Part shown: positions 57,768-64,000 of the stretch, piece after piece
Layout: each line of letters starts with the position of its first letter
Position numbering within the stretch: position 1 is the stretch's first letter
Assembly (NCBI GenBank): GCA_963747455.1
Contig: CAVVEW010000001.1
Coordinates: forward strand, 32,005-96,004
From: an uncultured Candidatus Saccharibacteria bacterium
Lineage (GTDB): Bacteria > Patescibacteriota > Saccharimonadia > Saccharimonadales > Saccharimonadaceae
Direction of reading: 5' to 3'
Length of the DNA stretch: 64,000 nt
Notes under the pieces: generated by a model
Told to the model about the DNA's origin: nothing
What the model saw: only the letters and a program-made list of their open reading frames with translations
Database searches by the model: none
Program-made: the position numbers and the translations under genes

Positions 57768-58247
57768 TCAGGTCAAGCCTGTCTCCGAGGATGTCGGCTC
57801 TAGCGCCTTGATGTCTTTCGGGTCGATCTTACCGCCCAGAATCTTGGACAGCGTGTAGAGGTCGACGGTGACGGCGCGCTCGCCAGGTCGCGGCGAGTTG
57901 TCGAACTGCCTTTCGACGACGTGCAGCATCCAGCCGCTGTAGTACTGGAAGATGACCGGGTCGAAGGGCATTGCGCCTGAGGACAACAAGGCTACGTCGA
58001 TACCGTGGCCGGTGAGGACGTTGGCGATGTTCCTGCTGAACTGCCAGCAGTTCCACCCCTCTCGTGGGTAGCCATAGTGGCTACGTCTGAGGATTACGGT
58101 TTTGAGGCCGGCCTCTTTGGCTATGGCGTAGTCGGAGTTGGTGCGCTCTCCGATGACAACATCGATCCTCACTCCACGTTCGAGCAAGTTCTCCACCAGT
58201 GTGTCGTCGTAGACGAGCACTGCGAGACTCATCTCTCTGTCGCTCAC
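57768..58247 (-). CDS. GC-rich PurN-like (formyltransferase N-domain-like) protein, catalytically degenerate and truncated
   Basis: GGAG then GTG 58247. DVALLSSGAMPFDPVIFQYYSGWMLHVVER aligns with PurN DVVVLAGFMRILSPAFVSHYAGRLLNIHPS, but the N-x-H catalytic pair is replaced and the C-terminal third is missing. Confidence 0.35.
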   Translation of the reverse strand: MSDREMSLAVLVYDDTLVENLLERGVRIDVVIGERTNSDYAIAKEAGLKTVILRRSHYGYPREGWNCWQFSRNIANVLTGHGIDVALLSSGAMPFDPVIFQYYSGWMLHVVERQFDNSPRPGERAVTVDLYTLSKILGGKIDPKDIKALEPTSSETGLT

Positions 58248-58339
58248 GGTTTTCTCCGTTTCTGAATTGTGATGAACTAGCGTTTATACCACAGCGTCAG
58301 TATAGGCTATCTACTCGAGAGGAAAAAGCACGAGTGCAA

Positions 58340-58922
58340 TTACTGGCGAATAGTCTTCAGCGCACCCGCATACGCAACCAAGTCACCGAGCATGTGCTGC
58401 AAGGCACCGTTTGGTCCGTGAGGGTTTGCGGCGAGGTCAGGGCTGAGCGTGCCGTCTTCGCTAAATGCCAGGCTGGCATACGGAGTTGATATAGACGGTA
58501 CGTGGTACGGTGACAGCCAGGGTGCCGGCTGCTACAGAGCGGAGGGTATGGACTGCCTGTGCGCCACCAGTCGAGCCGTGGGCGATGATACCGATGGGCT
58601 TTCGCTCTAGTTCGTAGGCGACGTAGTCGAACGCGTTTTTGACTACTGCGGGCAGGGTACGGTTGTACTCTGGCGTGACGACGATCAGCGCGTCCATCTC
58701 GGCGAGCTTGTCGAGCCAGGCTTTTACGACACCAGTAGTTTTGCGCTCTGGGTTGTATTGCGGCGAGATCGCTTCGTCAAAAAAGGGCAGGGGATAGTCG
58801 GCGAGGTCGAGTAGTTCTACCTCGACATCGTCAAGTTGCTGGGCTGCTGCAAGCGCCCATTTTGCTGGTCGATCTGTGCTGCGACCTTGTCGTGTGCTGC
58901 CAATAATAATACCAAGTTTCAT
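58340..58922 (-). CDS. NADPH-dependent FMN reductase (frameshift near 58470)
   Basis: MKLGIIIGSTRQGRSTDRPAKW...VVTPEYNRTLPAVVKNAFD... ORF 58461-58922 continues in another frame as ..YASLAFSEDGTLSPDLAANPHGPNGALQHMLGDLVAYAGALKTIRQ to TAA 58340-58342. Confidence 0.7.
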
Positions 58923-59001
58923 AGTGCCTCCATTTTGAAATATATTTATGATATACTTTGTATAGTAACAATTGTAATCGCATTACTATATTTTGTAAAG
59001 T

Positions 59002-59361
59002 ATGAAAACAGCAGAACCGAAACGCATCACTCAATACGATACCGAACCGATCGAACCGAGTATCGGGTGTATCGCCTCGGCTATGCAGGTGATAGGCAAC
59101 AAATGGACAGCGCTACTACTGCGAGACTTAGCGACGGGTCCAAAACGCTTCACCGAACTGGAAAAATCGGTAGGGGGAATCAACCCACGCACGCTGAGCC
59201 AGCGCCTCGATGAACTCGAAACGCATGGAATCATCACCAAAGAAGCATACAAGCAAATCCCTCCACGTATCGAATACGCTCTGACGCCAAAAGGCTTCGA
59301 CCTCATACCGATTCTTCGGCAGATGGCAAACTGGGGCGAAAAGTACCCAGCGGATAAATAA
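59002..59361 (+). CDS. HxlR-family transcriptional regulator
   Basis: CIASAMQVIGNKWTALLLRDLATGPKRFTELEKSVGGINPRTLSQRLDELETHGIITKE..PPRIEYALTPKG is the canonical HxlR wHTH. Divergent from the FMN reductase gene. Confidence 0.75.
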   Translation: MKTAEPKRITQYDTEPIEPSIGCIASAMQVIGNKWTALLLRDLATGPKRFTELEKSVGGINPRTLSQRLDELETHGIITKEAYKQIPPRIEYALTPKGFDLIPILRQMANWGEKYPADK

Positions 59362-59433
59362 ACAAAACGAAACCCCGCCACGACCCGGAGGCCGCAGGGG
59401 GGCTTCGACGGGTGGACGGGGAACAACAGCGAG

Positions 59434-59721
59434 CTACTCGCCAACCCACTTCTGGAGCATCTTCTCTCCGTACAGCTTGTACGCTCCGAAGAGCGAAGCT
59501 GCCATCAAGATCGCTCCGATGATCAGGCCGGCCATCGCTAGGAGGCTGGCCTTGAGGGTCGTAGCCGGTGGCATGAAATCTGCCATTGCCCATGAGTAGG
59601 CCATTGTGACTGCGATTGCTGGCAAGCAGCAAGCTGCTGCGATGATGAAGATCTTCACGAAAATCATCACGGCGACTGCCAACCTTTTGATTGCCGCATG
59701 TAGCGGCTCGTACAAACCCAT
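59434..59721 (-). CDS. small membrane protein, 95 aa
   Basis: Three predicted TM helices. AGGAGATGG then ATG 59721. TTGTTT-17-TATAAT upstream. GC-rich hairpin region 59365-59425 downstream. Confidence 0.45.
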   Translation of the reverse strand: MGLYEPLHAAIKRLAVAVMIFVKIFIIAAACCLPAIAVTMAYSWAMADFMPPATTLKASLLAMAGLIIGAILMAASLFGAYKLYGEKMLQKWVGE

Positions 59722-59810
59722 GAGACCATCTCCTTGTGCTGTAGGTGCTGGGTTATATATATTATAACATACTTTTAAATATAAAACAATATGTATCTGT
59801 AGTATGTATG

Positions 59811-61172
59811 CTATGTACGATGACTCGTTGCTGTCTTGTTTTCGATCCCAATCATCGATACTATTCCACCGATAGCTAGTAGCGCGGCGGTGACGAGTAC
59901 TGCGTTGTGAAAGCCGGCGACGTCTAGCTGGACGCCCGTAACTATACCGATAAGTGCGATACCGATCAGACCTGCAACACGAGCAACCATATTGTTCACG
60001 GCCGAGGCGATACCGGCATCGCGAGAGGGAACAGAAGCGAGCACTGCCGAGGTAAGTGGTGAAACAGTGATCGCAAGACCCAGTCCAAAGAGCAAGATCC
60101 CAGGTAGTAGCTGCGTCCAGTACAGCACGCGTTCATCGACCATCACCATAGATACATATCCGGCGGCAGCGAGGAGCGGGCCAAAGCCCATAAACCACCG
60201 TGGCCCATGTGTGGCGGCAAGTTTGCCAAAGCGCGGCGAGAGAAAAAACATGATGATAGTGACGGGTATGATTGCCATACCTGATTGTATGGCTGTGTAG
60301 TTACCGACTTGTTGCACAAAGATGACGAGCAAAAACGTCGCGATACTGAGGCCTGCATAGATGCTGAACGTGGCGGCATTTCCGACAGAAAAATTGCGAA
60401 TGCGAAAGAGTTCTGGTGGCAACATCGGGTGTGCCTGCCGGCGTTCATAGAGCAAAAACGTCGCCAGTAGTATCGTGCCAAACACGATTGCGCTGATGAT
60501 TAATGGATCATCCCAACCATTTCGATTTTGCTCGATGAGTCCATAGACGACGCTCGCGAGGCCAAAGGTACAGAGAAGCGCGCCGATGGTATCGATTTTT
60601 ACCCGGTCTTTTGTGACATCCTCACGCTGCAAGCGGGTGAGGAGCCAGAGTGTCACTGCGATTGGTACGATATTTATAGCAAATATTAGTCGCCACGAAC
60701 TGATATCGACGAAAAATCCACCGAGAAGAGGGCCAAACAGAAACGCAATACCTGTCCACGCGGTCCATGTGCCGATTGCTTTTCCCTGAGCTACGCCAGA
60801 AAATGCTGAGATGATGAGTGCCAATGAACTTGGTACGAGTAGCGCGCCGCCGATACCTTGTAGTGCGCGAGATGCAATCAGCAGCTCGCCTGTCGGCGCA
60901 ACGGCACAGAGCAGGGAACCGACGAGGAATATAACGAGCCCAATTCGCAAGATAAATTGCCTGCCAAAGAGATCCGAAAGTGAGCCGGCGAGGAGTATCA
61001 GCGAGCCGAGGGTGATGAGATAGGCATCGACGACCCATTGCTGCAGGGGTAGGCCTCCGCCGAAATCATTTGTAATTGCAGGTAGGGCAACGTTGACGAC
61101 CGAGCCATCGAGAAACGCCACGAACGATGCCAAGATGGCGATAGTCAGTACTAGTTTTTGATCTCGCGTCAT
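59811..61172 (-). CDS. MFS transporter, DHA2 (EmrB/QacA-like) drug:H+ antiporter family
   Basis: 453 aa, about 14 TM helices. LDGSVVNVALPAI and LSDLFGRQFILRIGL motifs. Confidence 0.8.
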   Translation of the reverse strand: MTRDQKLVLTIAILASFVAFLDGSVVNVALPAITNDFGGGLPLQQWVVDAYLITLGSLILLAGSLSDLFGRQFILRIGLVIFLVGSLLCAVAPTGELLIASRALQGIGGALLVPSSLALIISAFSGVAQGKAIGTWTAWTGIAFLFGPLLGGFFVDISSWRLIFAINIVPIAVTLWLLTRLQREDVTKDRVKIDTIGALLCTFGLASVVYGLIEQNRNGWDDPLIISAIVFGTILLATFLLYERRQAHPMLPPELFRIRNFSVGNAATFSIYAGLSIATFLLVIFVQQVGNYTAIQSGMAIIPVTIIMFFLSPRFGKLAATHGPRWFMGFGPLLAAAGYVSMVMVDERVLYWTQLLPGILLFGLGLAITVSPLTSAVLASVPSRDAGIASAVNNMVARVAGLIGIALIGIVTGVQLDVAGFHNAVLVTAALLAIGGIVSMIGIENKTATSHRT

Positions 61173-61247
61173 GGGGCTATTTTATACCCAATATCTATCG
61201 AGCGATAGCAACTTGCCTCAACCTAGCCCGCACGCTATACTAGCCTC

Positions 61248-61508
61248 ATGATACTTATGCTTCACATATTCATCGCACTAGCCACTGTCGGTGGCGCACT
61301 CTACACAGCAATTTCACCCACGACTCGTCGTATGGGCCTCGTTTACGGAGGAATTGGCGCAACTGTCCTCAGTGGCATGGTACTAGTTTTTATCACGCCA
61401 GATATGCTGCCTCACGCCTGCGCGAGCGGTAGCCTGACAATCGCTGCAACGCTCGGCCTGCAATACCTCGCACACCGACGCAAGCCTGCGTTTGAGGCTG
61501 AGGTTTAG
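61248..61508 (+). CDS. small membrane protein, 86 aa
   Basis: Three hydrophobic helices. TATACT (61236-61241) lies 6 nt before the ATG. Confidence 0.4.
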   Translation: MILMLHIFIALATVGGALYTAISPTTRRMGLVYGGIGATVLSGMVLVFITPDMLPHACASGSLTIAATLGLQYLAHRRKPAFEAEV

Positions 61509-61510
61509 TT

Positions 61511-61813
61511 TTGAAAGCTGTCTGGAAGGACACCGTCGTCGCAGAAGCGGCACAGGACGATCTGATACGAATCGAAGGAAACTGGTATTTTCCACCATCG
61601 TCAATCAAGCAAGAATTTTTCGCGCCGAGCGATCATCATACGACATGTTTTTGGAAAGGCGAGGCCAGCTACCACGATGTCGTCGTCAATGACGAGGTAA
61701 ATGACGCAGCTGCCTGGTATTATCCAGAGCCAAAAGACGGCTCAGTCGAGCGTGTCGGTCGTGATTTCAAAGATTACGTGGCATTTTGGCACGGCGTCGA
61801 AGTCGTAGAATAG
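61511..61813 (+). CDS. DUF427-domain protein
   Basis: TTG start. VVAEA..LIRIEGNWYFPPSSI....S...T.C.WKGEASYHDVVV......AAWYYPEP resembles the DUF427 pattern. Confidence 0.55.
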   Translation: MKAVWKDTVVAEAAQDDLIRIEGNWYFPPSSIKQEFFAPSDHHTTCFWKGEASYHDVVVNDEVNDAAAWYYPEPKDGSVERVGRDFKDYVAFWHGVEVVE

Positions 61814-61888
61814 AGCTATAGAATTTCTAAGTTGATTAACGGTGACTTTTTGCGTATCTTAGGGCGCTATCTACAAGTACACCTGCAA

Positions 61889-62284
61889 CTATACCTGCAA
61901 GAGTACAGACGACAAGCCAGTCAGGTAAAGAAGCAGCGATCTCGCTTGGTGAATCCGGGAAAAGGAAGTGGTTTGTAAAACCGGATATGGATTGTCATAG
62001 CTGCCGCGGTACTGAGCAAGGATGTGGAGTACGAGACCAATCTGTAGTCCAATCCATGAGAAAAGCTGTGTATATTTAAAGCGATCGGGGATAGCGAACA
62101 GAGCGACCGCATTGAGTCCTACTGTAATCAGCATGATTAGTAAGAATGTCTGTAATGCTCCCGAAAACGCATCTGTAGCGAGCAGTAAGAGCTGTATCGG
62201 TACGACGACGAAAGGGACCGCTAACATTGCAATAATTTTTACTGTATTCCCATCCGATGTTCTTTTAAAAAGTTGATGGTTCAT
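61889..62284 (-). CDS. hypothetical polytopic membrane protein, 131 aa
   Basis: Four hydrophobic segments. No family recognised. Confidence 0.4.
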   Translation of the reverse strand: MNHQLFKRTSDGNTVKIIAMLAVPFVVVPIQLLLLATDAFSGALQTFLLIMLITVGLNAVALFAIPDRFKYTQLFSWIGLQIGLVLHILAQYRGSYDNPYPVLQTTSFSRIHQARSLLLYLTGLSSVLLQV

Positions 62285-62390
62285 AAAGCAAAAGTTTTCA
62301 CTATCTCGGTGGAACGGAACAGTTATACTATACTACAAATAGCCAAAAAAGCAACATACTGGCTAAAATACTATTGCTCATATCTTTAGT

Positions 62391-63293
62391 TTATGGTTCA
62401 GCTGGAGCGGGGAGAGGCGGCGTCTTTTTCGGCGTTGATAGCGCCAGACGGGCACCAAATAGCACGATAACTCCGCCGATAAATATCTGCCACGTGATTG
62501 CTTCATCTACGACCAGTGCCGCGAGAACTACCGTAATAATTGGCTGCAGGTATATAAAGATATTTGCTTGTGCTGCTTCCATGACCTTGAGTGCGCGCTG
62601 ATACAGCAGGTATTGGGCGCCCGTGCCGATAAAACCGAGGTATAACGTAGCTAGCAGTGGCCACAGTGTGACGTTACCAAACCATGGGTTCTGAACAGTT
62701 TCTACCACCGCAAACGGTATCGATATGATGGTCGTGATGACAGCAAAATAAAAGGCGAGGGCAGTGCCAGAGATTTGATCTTTGCGTTGTTCTTCTTTGG
62801 ACATGATGCCATAGGCGAAAAATGCGAATACCGAGACCAAAATGAGTCCGATCCCGATGTAGGGGTTGGATCCGTCTGTCGACACGGCGGTATGAAGCGA
62901 GACGATGCCGACGCCGATCAGGCCAAGCACGAAGCCGGCAATCTGAGCAAAGCTAGTGCGGACGTGTTTGACAAACATCAGATACAGCACACTTAGCCCT
63001 GGGATAATCGCATAAAACAGCGCAGTGATGTTCGAGGGAATATACTGCAGCGCCAAAAAGATAAAAATAGGGTTGAGCGCACCGATAATTCCGATCCATC
63101 GCAGCTTGTACAGATTTTGTAGCGAGAGCTCCTTTTTTGGCATAAAGAAGTATATGACGATAGATGCCGCCAAAAATCGAAAGAATACGAGTGTAAACGG
63201 GTCGAAACTCTCCAGCGCAAGTTTGGCAAACGGTGGAATCGAACCGCCTGCCAACGCTATGAGGGCGATGAGGAGAAAGTGTTTCCTATTCAT
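62391..63293 (-). CDS. EamA/DMT-superfamily transporter
   Basis: 300 aa, 10 TM helices in two EamA-like halves. Confidence 0.7.
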   Translation of the reverse strand: MNRKHFLLIALIALAGGSIPPFAKLALESFDPFTLVFFRFLAASIVIYFFMPKKELSLQNLYKLRWIGIIGALNPIFIFLALQYIPSNITALFYAIIPGLSVLYLMFVKHVRTSFAQIAGFVLGLIGVGIVSLHTAVSTDGSNPYIGIGLILVSVFAFFAYGIMSKEEQRKDQISGTALAFYFAVITTIISIPFAVVETVQNPWFGNVTLWPLLATLYLGFIGTGAQYLLYQRALKVMEAAQANIFIYLQPIITVVLAALVVDEAITWQIFIGGVIVLFGARLALSTPKKTPPLPAPAEP

Positions 63294-63783
63294 GGGAGCT
63301 TTGTTTAGCCAAGTCTTCGACTATCGTCACATTCGATATTTTTTTGAGTTCTTGGGGATCAAGAACGATCTTGCTCGTACGGTTGCCGCCACCCATGACA
63401 ACCTGCGGTTGTTGCATGACGGCACTATCGACGTAGACGGGCAGATCTGGCACACCGATGGCGACCACGCCGCCGATCTCCATGCCGGTGACGGCTCGTG
63501 TGGTTTCCGCGTCGGCGAATGACGCGCGCTTGATTTGCATAAGCTGACACACTTTCTTGTTTACATCGAGTCGCGTCGTGGCGAGTACGACGCATAGCGC
63601 ATACTTGATGGGCTCGACTTTGCGCGAAGCGACGAGGATAGTATTGGCAGATTGCTGTGGCAAAAAGTCATATTTCTCGCAAAACCTAGCAGTATCTGCA
63701 AATTCTGGGTCACATTCGAGCACGCGATACGTTAGATCGTTCGTATCAAGCGCATCGCGTACTTTTGGCATAAGTTCAGGCAT
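63286..63783 (-). CDS. YbaK/EbsC-family aminoacyl-tRNA deacylase-like protein
   Basis: 165 aa. ..ANTILVASRKVEPIKYALCVVLATTRLDVNKKV...TGMEIGGVVAIG.. is the YbaK/ProRS-associated editing-domain pattern. Confidence 0.65.
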   Translation of the reverse strand: MPELMPKVRDALDTNDLTYRVLECDPEFADTARFCEKYDFLPQQSANTILVASRKVEPIKYALCVVLATTRLDVNKKVCQLMQIKRASFADAETTRAVTGMEIGGVVAIGVPDLPVYVDSAVMQQPQVVMGGGNRTSKIVLDPQELKKISNVTIVEDLAKQSSHE

Positions 63784-63829
63784 AGCTTCTATACTACGCC
63801 TGTACGGTGTTGCAGTCTACGATTTTAGT

Positions 63830-63873
63830 CTCAACCAAAATACTTAAATGCATAATTAAGTATTTTGGTTGAG
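63830..63873. repeat. 18-bp perfect AT-rich inverted repeat
   Basis: CTCAACCAAAATACTTAA atgcataa TTAAGTATTTTGGTTGAG. Abuts a GC-rich hairpin at 63876-63902. Confidence 0.7.
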
Positions 63874-63916
63874 CCTCGACTCCGGGTTGCCCCGGAGCCG
63901 AGTGCCCACCATGGTG

Positions 63917-64000
63917 TTACTTGTTGAGCCAGCGCAGAACGGTGCGTCCCGACTTTGGCAGCCAGGGCGCACGCGTGCCGACCGGCATGGCGATCAGCTT
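63917..64000 (-). CDS. 3' end of another GC-rich gene (partial, enters from beyond window end)
   Basis: Minus frame ..KLIAMPVGTRAPWLPKSGRTVLRWLNK-TAA (63917-63919). Sharp GC rise after 63874. Hairpin CTCGACTCCGGG ttgc CCCGGAGCCGAG lies downstream. Confidence 0.4.
   Translation of the reverse strand, partial: KLIAMPVGTRAPWLPKSGRTVLRWLNK

Overview
64-kb window from a gene-dense, moderately AT-rich, small-genome bacterium. The gene content fits an episymbiotic Saccharibacteria/Patescibacteria (CPR) genome, but this is inference only and no database search was run: there is an array of VirB2-like T4SS pilin paralogues, two giant VirB6/TrbL-like proteins and almost no biosynthetic operons. Layout: (i) 1-12.8 kb holds a T4SS-like locus, with a minus-strand machinery operon, a divergent array of six pilin paralogues and a seventh copy at 12.4 kb. 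(ii) 12.1-21.1 kb is an accessory stretch with four of the five tRNAs in the window. The window carries all four tRNA-Ser isoacceptors plus tRNA-Arg. This stretch also holds a cluster of nucleotide-phosphohydrolase genes and several small orphan ORFs. (iii) Housekeeping genes include a MacB-like ABC pair, PGI/PMI, groES-groEL with a CIRCE operator, a FemAB-like gene, murE, tsaD, valS, rlmH and a HIT gene. (iv) 40.2-45.8 kb is an envelope glycosylation cluster. (v) nrdA and nrdB sit behind two tandem pairs of NrdR boxes, with three unexpected small ORFs between them. (vi) The rest includes MntH, a large SGNH-hydrolase surface protein, an ATP-grasp gene, an HxlR/FMN-reductase pair, MFS and EamA transporters and YbaK. 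Three layers are not explained by ordinary annotation. First, at least five short, sharply bounded GC-rich islets carry intact orphan genes, three of them driven by one conserved AT-rich promoter cassette that also drives the T4SS operon. Second, a family of about 95-nt repeats are pseudo-3'-halves of the neighbouring tRNA, split inside the T-loop. Third, roughly 25 genes, including essential ones, are interrupted by single-base frameshifts; those traced to the base mostly lie at short homopolymers, which most likely reflects assembly error. No rRNA, CRISPR array, transposase or integrase was seen.
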